From positions 362,961 to 426,960 of the IMG/VR virus record IMGVR_UViG_3300028920_000001: a stretch of DNA of 64,000 nt. One strand, written 5' to 3'. Positions 9,671 to 17,610 of the stretch are shown piece by piece. The first letter of the stretch is position 1; every line of letters begins with the position of its first letter. The notes under the pieces were generated by a model, which was given only the letters and a program-made list of their open reading frames with translations, searched no databases and had not been told where the DNA came from. The position numbers and the translations under genes are program-made.

Positions 9671-9910
9671 ATGTACAGTTTGAATATGAATCATCAATTT
9701 GAAGAATATCAAGGTCCGGAGAAGCACAACAATCAATGGGAATTTACTAATGGGGATGATCGAATTCAAATTAATTTAGAAATGAATATTGTTTATGGAG
9801 ATAAAATGAAAAAGTGTAAATACTGCGGACTCATGTATGCCGTGGAATTTGAACAGCCGAAATTTCAGACTTGTGAAGAAGTGTATGTTGATGAGGTAAT
9901 GAAATCATGA
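9671..9910 (+). CDS. Small hypothetical protein with CxxC and C-terminal VDEVMKS
   Basis: 79-aa ORF, ATGA-coupled to the next gene; CKYC motif. Confidence 0.65.
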   Translation: MYSLNMNHQFEEYQGPEKHNNQWEFTNGDDRIQINLEMNIVYGDKMKKCKYCGLMYAVEFEQPKFQTCEEVYVDEVMKS

Positions 9911-10392
9911 GTTCTAGTGTTCAAGCTCAGATTGATGATGATATCCTTAAGCATTTGCTTAAGGGTTTAACTCAAACAGTATCTTCGATACCAATTTCAA
10001 TCCAAACCAGGATTACTGAGTTTGTTGGGTTTGAATCAGATATTTTATTAGCCAAGCGGCTTTACTCCGGTCTTTTAGGAAAGGGGACATTTCAAGGTCA
10101 AACAATCAAATTTGAAGATACGGAATATTCATTAAGCTGGGCTAGTGAATCTCAAATGCGAATTCCTCCCATTCAGATTCAAACTAATCCTAGTTTTAGT
10201 TTGGATCAGGTCAAGATGGTTTATAATAAGCCTCAGTTTATGGTTTATGAAGAACCAGTGAAGATGGGTACCGAAAATCCATTGGTTGAACTTCGTAATG
10301 CACTCATACGTTGTCATCGAGAAGGTATTTCAATCAAACAAGTAGATGAAACTTATGTGTTAGCAGTAGCTCAATGGGTAATGGATCAATGA
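9907..10392 (+). CDS. Hypothetical protein ending in VAQWVMDQ
   Basis: 161-aa ORF with ATGA overlaps on both sides. Confidence 0.75.
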   Translation: MSSSVQAQIDDDILKHLLKGLTQTVSSIPISIQTRITEFVGFESDILLAKRLYSGLLGKGTFQGQTIKFEDTEYSLSWASESQMRIPPIQIQTNPSFSLDQVKMVYNKPQFMVYEEPVKMGTENPLVELRNALIRCHREGISIKQVDETYVLAVAQWVMDQ

Positions 10393-10799
10393 TTTTAAGG
10401 GTTGTTCTTGACAAAATAAATGCGGGGTCACCGCCGGCCGTCCAATATCAAAAAAATGAAAAGGATAAGTGTCTTATTTCAGTTGATGATAAGACAGCTG
10501 CTACACCTTGGTCTAATGTAAAAGATACTACTTTTTCAGTCCCTTTACATCATTTAGATGCGAATGAAGCTAAACAATTTTTAAAGGATCGATTTGCTTG
10601 CTTGAATGAAGATGGTTGTATTATGGTTCCTTATATGAGTCCTGTAAATGGAGAGGTTGTATTTGGATTAGTATATTATCCTAAAAGAACATTCATGTCA
10701 TTTGATAACAATCATAATATGGCACAACCATTTGAACCGAATGTTTTAGTAGATTATTTAATTAATATTATGCTAGTAGATGAAGTTATGGATAACTAA
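10389..10799 (+). CDS. Hypothetical protein ending in VDEVMDN
   Basis: Start moved from 10374 to the in-frame ATG at 10389, which overlaps the upstream TGA (ATGA). Confidence 0.75.
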   Translation: MILRVVLDKINAGSPPAVQYQKNEKDKCLISVDDKTAATPWSNVKDTTFSVPLHHLDANEAKQFLKDRFACLNEDGCIMVPYMSPVNGEVVFGLVYYPKRTFMSFDNNHNMAQPFEPNVLVDYLINIMLVDEVMDN

Positions 10800-11404
10800 G
10801 GATTAGCTAAATCAGTAGTATTTCCAGTATCAGCTCGAGCCTTCAGTTTTCCATCTCCTGAGTCTGCCCAAACATACCAAGAACCAGTAGGTGGGGTTCC
10901 AGGATCAGAAATTGTTGAAAGTTCCAATAATGGACCCAATACTCCGGTAGCCCCTTGAGGTCCTGTAGCACCTATTGGGCCCGTTGGACCTATCGGTCCA
11001 GTTACAATTGACCCTGTTATTCCTTGTGGACCTACTGGCCCTGCTGGTCCAGGTGATCCCTGAGGACCTGCTGGTCCAGGTGGACCGATCGGTCCTTGTA
11101 TTCCCTGTGGACCTTGGAACTGCTGGATTTGTGGATCTACTGTGTTATTCTGAAGGAATCGAATAGTGAAGCCATATTCAAAAATATTAGATACTTGAGT
11201 ATTTATACTGGTGATGGTGACTTGAGAAATTGACCACTCATCAGGAGATAGGCTCAGGGTATTAAATATTTGTCTGTAGTTTTCCGGTTTATTTAGTTCT
11301 GTAACAGGATTAGGTAAAATCGCATTTGAGGTTAGGGAAACAAAGGCGTTGACTACATTATTATAATTTGAAGTTAGTTTTTCAACGCCTACGTTCGTAG
11401 TCAT
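10796..11404 (-). CDS. Short collagen-like (Gly-X-Y) protein, possible fibre or decoration protein
   Basis: Central [16 protein letters not shown]…GATG tract between small N- and C-terminal domains. Confidence 0.8.
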   Translation of the reverse strand: MTTNVGVEKLTSNYNNVVNAFVSLTSNAILPNPVTELNKPENYRQIFNTLSLSPDEWSISQVTITSINTQVSNIFEYGFTIRFLQNNTVDPQIQQFQGPQGIQGPIGPPGPAGPQGSPGPAGPVGPQGITGSIVTGPIGPTGPIGATGPQGATGVLGPLLELSTISDPGTPPTGSWYVWADSGDGKLKARADTGNTTDLANP

Positions 11405-11445
11405 GCTAAACGATACGAGGCATTAAAGCTGGCTTAAATTATCAA

Positions 11446-11766
11446 TTAGTTTAATTTATCATGGACTAATTGATTTAATTTTTTAACAAATTCACTCCTG
11501 CCAGATTTGGAATCAAATCTGTTTGTTACTTCGATTTTGGCTCTAGGCGCTTTTAAAGCAATTCTCATATCTTCATTTTGGTCTATCCACACTCTTAGTC
11601 GGCACGGATAGGTCTCGCGGCCGATTTTGATGTTTCCGTGGGCATAATAGATATGGTTTCCGGCTTGGGTTTCTTCAAGGTCCAGACTTGGTAATTTTAA
11701 GAGGATACTCTTAAGATGGTCGGTCATCTGGAGCCTATAGAACTTTGAAATCACTTTCTTTTCCAT
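11446..11766 (-). CDS. Hypothetical protein
   Basis: The track start (11862) overlaps the divergent AAA gene. In-frame ATG at 11766 (MEKKVISK), preceded by AAGGA, is more plausible. Confidence 0.6.
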   Translation of the reverse strand: MEKKVISKFYRLQMTDHLKSILLKLPSLDLEETQAGNHIYYAHGNIKIGRETYPCRLRVWIDQNEDMRIALKAPRAKIEVTNRFDSKSGRSEFVKKLNQLVHDKLN

Positions 11767-11834
11767 ATCCTTATATACCAAAAATTGGAGTCGATTTTCG
11801 GGCACTAATAAACCTTCTTTGATTAGGATACGAT

Positions 11835-13382
11835 ATGGGACTATTACGTACAGCCGGTTCATACCTCAGCGCACTTTCCACAGGAGAGTACGAAATCCCT
11901 AATCCTCTGGCAGCTGCGGTCAATTATGCCATTGATTCATATTTTGCTAAGAGAGATGAACGGGCTCGGATAGCTGAAGCTAATCGTAAAGAAATGCCAA
12001 TGGACCTTGATGTATATCTCAAGGAAGTTTGGCTTGGATGTGAAATTCATAAGGCTATCAATCTTTCAGGTAGTTATCCGGCATATGCTAAAGCTGTTAA
12101 TGCTTGGGCATTCACTCGAATGTTTACTGCGTATGCTGGAGCGAATGCTTCGTATGAGATAGTTCCGGTTCTAGATCAATCTGAATATAAAGATTATTTG
12201 AAGAGTAACCGAGAATATAGAACTCAATATGAACCTATAAATATTAGTTTGACCCAAGCTGTCACTCTTCCGGTATACGGGACTTTCTTCGTTAAGAATC
12301 GAAGGACTGGAGCCCATCTAATAATTGCGTTTGACTTCTGTTACTATGGAATGGGATGCAGCGTTAGTGTGATGGCTCATTCTCACGGCCAGCATGAAGC
12401 TGAAGCCTTCCTGGCCGATTTGACTGGTTCAATTCAGGCCAATAACATTTATTTCAAGAGTTGCCTCTCATTCAATAGAGGATACCTTGATTTTCATTAT
12501 GTAATTCCAACTACTTGGCAACAGGTAATTTTAAAGGATAGTCTGAGAACGCAAATTCAGAAGAATTCTGTTGGAGTTCTTGATCATATTTCTGATTTAT
12601 CATCTATTGGAATGAGTGCTAATCAAAGTATGCTTTTGATTTCGCCGCCCGGAATGGCTAAGACTACTATGTTCCGGGCTACTTCCAATGAGATTAATGA
12701 GCAAGCTACCCGAATTTGGTGTACTGGTAAGTCTATTTCATATCCGGAACATGTTACTGCGTTGTTTGAAGCAGCTCGAGATTTAAGTCCGTCAGTTATA
12801 TTTATTGAAGATATGGACCTATTTGGTGGTGATCGTAGCACCTTAGGTCGAGATAGTAGTGTTTTGAATGAATTTTTAGCTCAACTTGATGGGACTCAAT
12901 CTAATGCGGGCGTCGTCATTATGGCATCCACTAATGATCTTGACTCTATGGACGAGGCTTTGATCAATCGTCCCGGTCGATTTGGGGTTAAGATTGAAAT
13001 ACCATATCCGGATGCTGAGGATCGGAAGAAAATGCTGGTTTCCTTCTTTAAGGCGTACCATGCAAGGCCGGCTCCTTCAGTTAGCGATGAAGGCTGGGAT
13101 AATATTGTTAAATTAACTGCTGGTTTTACTGGAGATTATATTAGGGAAGTAGCCAAGACAGCGGTAATTAAGGCTGTGGCTGAGGGCCGATGTTTAAGTG
13201 GTCAAGTTAGTTTTACAATGGACGATTTGACTGCAGCTGGGGAACAAGTTTTACAGAATTACCGGATCGGCAAGAGAGCCAAGAGACATCACACTATCTC
13301 TATTGAAGATGGTGGGGAACCCGTAGAGGCAGTAATAGCTTCAGAAGGTCCGAAGGAACCTTCTATGAAGTTAGTATCATAG
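11835..13382 (+). CDS. AAA+ ATPase (classical-clade, single module) with unknown N-terminal domain
   Basis: Walker A variant ISPPGMAKT, Walker B VIFIEDMD, sensor-1 and second region of homology STNDLDSMDEALINRPGRF. Confidence 0.9.
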   Translation: MGLLRTAGSYLSALSTGEYEIPNPLAAAVNYAIDSYFAKRDERARIAEANRKEMPMDLDVYLKEVWLGCEIHKAINLSGSYPAYAKAVNAWAFTRMFTAYAGANASYEIVPVLDQSEYKDYLKSNREYRTQYEPINISLTQAVTLPVYGTFFVKNRRTGAHLIIAFDFCYYGMGCSVSVMAHSHGQHEAEAFLADLTGSIQANNIYFKSCLSFNRGYLDFHYVIPTTWQQVILKDSLRTQIQKNSVGVLDHISDLSSIGMSANQSMLLISPPGMAKTTMFRATSNEINEQATRIWCTGKSISYPEHVTALFEAARDLSPSVIFIEDMDLFGGDRSTLGRDSSVLNEFLAQLDGTQSNAGVVIMASTNDLDSMDEALINRPGRFGVKIEIPYPDAEDRKKMLVSFFKAYHARPAPSVSDEGWDNIVKLTAGFTGDYIREVAKTAVIKAVAEGRCLSGQVSFTMDDLTAAGEQVLQNYRIGKRAKRHHTISIEDGGEPVEAVIASEGPKEPSMKLVS

Positions 13383-13465
13383 CTTCTTCATCGAACACAC
13401 AGGTTATAATGCCATTCAGACGGCACAAAGATCTGAACATACGGAGCCGCTAGAGAGGATTGAAA

Positions 13466-13966
13466 ATGAGCAACGTTAACGAGATCGTCGAGAACATGGT
13501 TGCGGCTTCCACCCGATTAGCCGCGATGGATCCTAAAGATGCAGCAATCACTAAGGTGATTGATGGTATCCAGGCTCAGGCTCAAATGGTAGCTACTAGC
13601 AAGCCTGAAGTTGAAGAGGAATCCGTTCCTGATGCGGAATTTATCGGGCAGCAGATTAAGAAGCTGTATTCGGCCTGCATGATTCCGGCTAATAACTACC
13701 GTAGACTTGCTAATATCTGTAATGAATTAGACAAGGCTTTCGCGGTGGCTTCTCGGCCTCATAACGCCCATCAGCTTCCGAGGCTGGCTGGAATTATTAA
13801 GCAAGTTGCTGGCGTATTTGCTGAGGTAGATACAGTTCAAGATCTTGATAAGCCGCTAGCTCAAATTGAAAAAGCTGTTCACGGGATTTACGGCGATCAG
13901 TCTCAGAATTCTACTTTCTATTTTGAGCGTCGGGGTAAGGGAAGCCACGCCAATCCCGAGAAGTAA
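13466..13966 (+). CDS. Hypothetical helical protein
   Basis: ATG at 13466 preceded by AGAGGA (13454-13459); codon usage resembles the sheath and tube genes. Confidence 0.75.
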   Translation: MSNVNEIVENMVAASTRLAAMDPKDAAITKVIDGIQAQAQMVATSKPEVEEESVPDAEFIGQQIKKLYSACMIPANNYRRLANICNELDKAFAVASRPHNAHQLPRLAGIIKQVAGVFAEVDTVQDLDKPLAQIEKAVHGIYGDQSQNSTFYFERRGKGSHANPEK

Positions 13967-14245
13967 TTGCCTACTGAGCACGAAGAACCTACTCCGCAAT
14001 TAGCCCCTGGAATTGGATTTGTATTGGAAGGGGATGGGCGGTGGGATGTCCAGACAATTCCGTCGAAGGTAGTTGATTCGGCAGAATTTAATGGATATTT
14101 GACTATTCAAGGATATAAATGTGCAGTATTTATCACCCCTGAGGGTGAGCAATGGGCACAGAAGGTATCTGGAACTCCTGCCCCTAAGGGTGATAATGAT
14201 TTGACACAGATGGCTACTAAAATTGCTAATTTAACTTATAACTAA
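13967..14245 (+). CDS. Hypothetical protein
   Basis: 92-aa ORF with TTG start immediately after the upstream TAA; protein-like composition. Confidence 0.55.
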   Translation: MPTEHEEPTPQLAPGIGFVLEGDGRWDVQTIPSKVVDSAEFNGYLTIQGYKCAVFITPEGEQWAQKVSGTPAPKGDNDLTQMATKIANLTYN

Positions 14246-15779
14246 ATTTGTGTTTTTCAGGGATTTTCATTTTAATTAAATTCATTTGATTAGCATATTC
14301 TAATTCGGTTAGTCCGATCTTTTTTCCTTCGTTGTATACCCATTTCTTATTGATTTGATTTCCATTGATATCTAAATATACATGACTAGTAGAAGTTAAT
14401 TTTTCGTATTTCCAATTTGAAGCTTTATATATAGTACCTTCGTGTCCTTGCATTGTGTCAGCAAATGACACTAGTATTTGAATTTCAGGATGACTTGATT
14501 TTATTAATTTAATGACTTGTCCTAAGATTTTGGAAGCTAAATTTTTCTTTTGATATTCCGGATGAATGCAAAATCGATCCAATTCTAATACTTGAGATAC
14601 TGTATAACCCATAGATGTGGCTACTTCTTTCCTGACTACCGGGGAAAATTTACAAATTGCAATTAGTTTATTGTCTAAGTATACTCCATAGTATATTTTA
14701 GCTGTTCTGCCATATTGAGCGTAATGGTATTTTTCGAGGAATATTCGAGTCATTTTAGGATCAGGATTTGATCTTATCAGGATTTGGTCTAAAGAAAAAT
14801 TGATTTGAGTATAATTTATTTTGGTTTTAGTGATTTGTTTATTCAGCCTTTTCCTGATTTCAGTTCGAATTCTATGACAATTGGCACATACTAATTCACA
14901 TTTGGCAATTTCTTGTTTAATAAAATTCAAACTTCGATTTTGGATCTTATTGATTGAAAAAGTTTTATTTTCAAGATGATCAAAATCTAATATCCAGTAT
15001 CGAAAATTCCGTTTGCAATCTGTACATTGTTTATTGTCCTTTTGAGATATTATGTATGCTTTAGAGGTTCTTAATTTTCTATCTAAATTATTATTATATT
15101 GTCTTAAGCAAGTCTTGCAATAAGAATGTCTATATCCAGTTTTAAGAAGAGTAAAATTGTTAACGTGCTTAGATGTTTGACATTTGGCACAAAATTTAAC
15201 TGGATCTGAGGCTAATAAAATCGGAATTTCATTTATTTTGGGTTTGTATATTCTATTTTTATTAGTATCTATTTCGGTTTCTCTTGTAAAAGTTTCATCT
15301 CGATGACAATTGGCACATATTAATTCACATTTAGCAATTTCTGTTTGAATTCTAGAAATTTTCTTTTCATATAACTTAGAAATATTTGCAACTTTAGTAT
15401 TTAGCTGAAGATGATTAAAATCCATTACGCATTGTGGATAAATTTTTCCACATTTGGAACAAGACTTATTAAGTTTTTCTTCTCTAATATACTTGTATGA
15501 TCTTTGTGCAGTCTTTTTGTGCATTCTTTTTTCTCGTTCAGGATTATCCTTTCTCCATCGTTTAATTTTCTTTTTATGACATTCTTTACAAATTTGTCTG
15601 AATTGATAATTTTGAACAAATTCTCGGAGTTGTTTAGGGTCTTTACAATATTTACAAATTTGTATGAGAGATAAATTTTCAGAATAAAATTGCTGATACT
15701 CTTGGTTTTTCTTTTGATCTAATAATTTTCTTTGTTGTTTTTCTTCAGGTGTTCGTTTCATCCCAATACCATTATACAT
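14226..15779 (-). CDS. Tandem HNH-type endonuclease/zinc-ribbon protein fused to a Mom-like GNAT DNA-modification domain
   Basis: Two CxxC…DF[ND]H…CEL[IV]CANCHR units, two CxxC…CxxC ribbons, and C-terminal ELDRFCI…ILVSFADTMQGHEGTIYKASNWKY. AT-rich and antisense to the tail operon. Confidence 0.8.
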   Translation of the reverse strand: MYNGIGMKRTPEEKQQRKLLDQKKNQEYQQFYSENLSLIQICKYCKDPKQLREFVQNYQFRQICKECHKKKIKRWRKDNPEREKRMHKKTAQRSYKYIREEKLNKSCSKCGKIYPQCVMDFNHLQLNTKVANISKLYEKKISRIQTEIAKCELICANCHRDETFTRETEIDTNKNRIYKPKINEIPILLASDPVKFCAKCQTSKHVNNFTLLKTGYRHSYCKTCLRQYNNNLDRKLRTSKAYIISQKDNKQCTDCKRNFRYWILDFDHLENKTFSINKIQNRSLNFIKQEIAKCELVCANCHRIRTEIRKRLNKQITKTKINYTQINFSLDQILIRSNPDPKMTRIFLEKYHYAQYGRTAKIYYGVYLDNKLIAICKFSPVVRKEVATSMGYTVSQVLELDRFCIHPEYQKKNLASKILGQVIKLIKSSHPEIQILVSFADTMQGHEGTIYKASNWKYEKLTSTSHVYLDINGNQINKKWVYNEGKKIGLTELEYANQMNLIKMKIPEKHKFSYKLN

Positions 15780-15836
15780 TTCTCAAAATAAAATTAATCA
15801 GTTAAGATTCCTATGCTGTTTATTAAAATGAGAAGT

Positions 15837-15841
15837 AGGAG
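15837..15841 (+). promoter_or_regulatory. Shine-Dalgarno site of tail tube gene
   Basis: AGGAG 5 nt upstream of ATG at 15847. Confidence 0.7.
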
Positions 15842-15846
15842 AAAAT

Positions 15847-16530
15847 ATGGCACGTCAAGCTGAAGAGACTTATATTTATCGTCGTGGCGCTTCTCCAAAT
15901 ACGCGCGTCGCCATTAGTCAGAAGAATCGAGTTTTCTCGATTCCTTACGGCTCAACTACATTTAAACAAGTTGGCGTATTGTCAACATTTGATTATAATG
16001 AATCTCGTGCCGTAGATCCAGTTCGTGGAGTTGGTTTCGGCGATAAGATTCAAGAGCTGGTTCCTGGTGTGACTGAGCCGATGACAGTCACCCTTAATCG
16101 GACTCTTCTTTACACTGCTAGTTTGGCGCAGGAGCTCGGTTATCGAGGAGGAGTGGATGGTTTGGTCCGTTCGCTTCGTCACCATAAATGGCCGTTTGAT
16201 CTCCGATCCGAGTTGGTATTTTCTGAGTTAGTCTCTCATTATGACACGGCCCACTTCCAAGAGGGCTTGGCAACAGGTGGCGTGATCCCGGTACAGGACG
16301 GTAGTACTAATTTTGCTATGGTGACGTACTTCGAGGCGTGTTGGCTAAATTCCATTTCGATCAGTTTCCCATCGGATTCGGCGATCGTAATGGAAGATTG
16401 TTCGGCCACGGCTACGGACGTGACTGATGGAACTGCTCGGTACGAGCTTAGTCCTGATGGTTATGGTGATCTCATGGAATCTGGTAACAACCCGATCCTG
16501 GGTGCTGGTTCCAGGTTGTTCACTTCATAA
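15847..16530 (+). CDS. Tail tube protein
   Basis: 227 aa; QVGVLSTFDYNESRAVDPVRGVGFG…ELVPG…TVTLNRTLLY…YFEACWLNSISI pattern typical of myophage tubes; strong RBS; upstream of chaperones and tape measure. Confidence 0.8.
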   Translation: MARQAEETYIYRRGASPNTRVAISQKNRVFSIPYGSTTFKQVGVLSTFDYNESRAVDPVRGVGFGDKIQELVPGVTEPMTVTLNRTLLYTASLAQELGYRGGVDGLVRSLRHHKWPFDLRSELVFSELVSHYDTAHFQEGLATGGVIPVQDGSTNFAMVTYFEACWLNSISISFPSDSAIVMEDCSATATDVTDGTARYELSPDGYGDLMESGNNPILGAGSRLFTS

Positions 16531-16551
16531 TCTTCTATCAACCCGGGTTCT

Positions 16552-16581
16552 GGTTCGGCCAAGGTTTTCCTTGGCCGAATC
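16552..16581 (+). terminator. Hairpin downstream of tail tube gene; probable intrinsic terminator or stabiliser
   Basis: Perfect 11-bp stem TTCGGCCAAGG (16554-16564) / CCTTGGCCGAA (16569-16579), TTTT loop, followed by TCTGTATTT. Confidence 0.75.
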
Positions 16582-16608
16582 TGTATTTGGTATCGTTCAT
16601 AGGATAAA

Positions 16609-17610
16609 ATGGAAGATTTTCTTCAAGAACTCGAAAGAGATATTACTAATGTTGGGATTGATAGGGTCTGGAAGAAGAATGTGGGGGGCAAAATTCTCTG
16701 GTTCTCTCCGATCCCATATGATGCTCAAATACAGATGAATGAGACTTTAGCTCGAGAAGATCTTGGCAATCATGCAATCCAAGAGACTAAACGATTAACT
16801 CTAAGTCATTCTATTATTGGGTTTGGAAAACATGACTTGAGGGAATATCGGGATCAATACGTATTTGAAGTTCCAGATAAGAAAAAGAAAGGTCAAAAAG
16901 TCAAGGTAAATCTTCAAAAATATGTATACTATAAGATTGAAAAATGGGATTCAGATTTTACTGATGTGGCATTCAGTATTTTAGCCGATTGTCTTGAATC
17001 TAATAAGCGAGAGACTCTTAAGGATGTGAAATTTGAAAATTTGAAAGAACCTATCGAAGAATTAGCTGAAATTGAAGCCAAGGTACATGAACTTCGTGAT
17101 CAATTGAATATGCCGCCTTTAGTTGAAAAAGGGTCTGAGAACATACCTAAAGAAGAGGCTCCGGAAGCCGAAGAAGAAGCTTCTGAATCCGAAGCTAGTT
17201 CATTACCCTTTGACCCATTCGAGGCTGTGGAAAACCCAGAGGAGGCGGCGAAAAATATATCCGTGAATATGCCGCAACCTGAGCCACAACCTGAGCAACA
17301 ACCTGAGCAACCTGAGCGACCGTCCAATAAGCCAGTACCGACCGAAGAACCGGTTAGATCTGTTCCAATCCCTCAACCTCCTGGTCCTGAGTTAAGCCCG
17401 ATTCAGCGAGAGCTCCAGAAGCGATCCTCTAAGATTGGAAATACTCCTAATACTGCTTATCCCGCTCAACCTTCAGTCAATGCTTTAGTTCAGAAGGATA
17501 AAGATCAGGGAGTAGTTGAAGAGCAGAAATCTAATCAACCACCAGTGAATCCTCCAAGAATCGATCCTCCCCTTGCGAATAAGAATCCAAGATTTTCACC
17601 TAGAAAATGA
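16609..17610 (+). CDS. Putative tail assembly chaperone with Pro/Glu-rich C-terminal tail
   Basis: Position between tube and tape measure; helical N-terminal half; low-complexity C-terminal half. Confidence 0.55.
   Translation: MEDFLQELERDITNVGIDRVWKKNVGGKILWFSPIPYDAQIQMNETLAREDLGNHAIQETKRLTLSHSIIGFGKHDLREYRDQYVFEVPDKKKKGQKVKVNLQKYVYYKIEKWDSDFTDVAFSILADCLESNKRETLKDVKFENLKEPIEELAEIEAKVHELRDQLNMPPLVEKGSENIPKEEAPEAEEEASESEASSLPFDPFEAVENPEEAAKNISVNMPQPEPQPEQQPEQPERPSNKPVPTEEPVRSVPIPQPPGPELSPIQRELQKRSSKIGNTPNTAYPAQPSVNALVQKDKDQGVVEEQKSNQPPVNPPRIDPPLANKNPRFSPRK
17275..17316 (+). repeat. Four copies of CAACCTGAG (QPE) in the low-complexity linker
   Basis: Copies start at 17275, 17287, 17299 and 17308. 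Confidence 0.8.
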
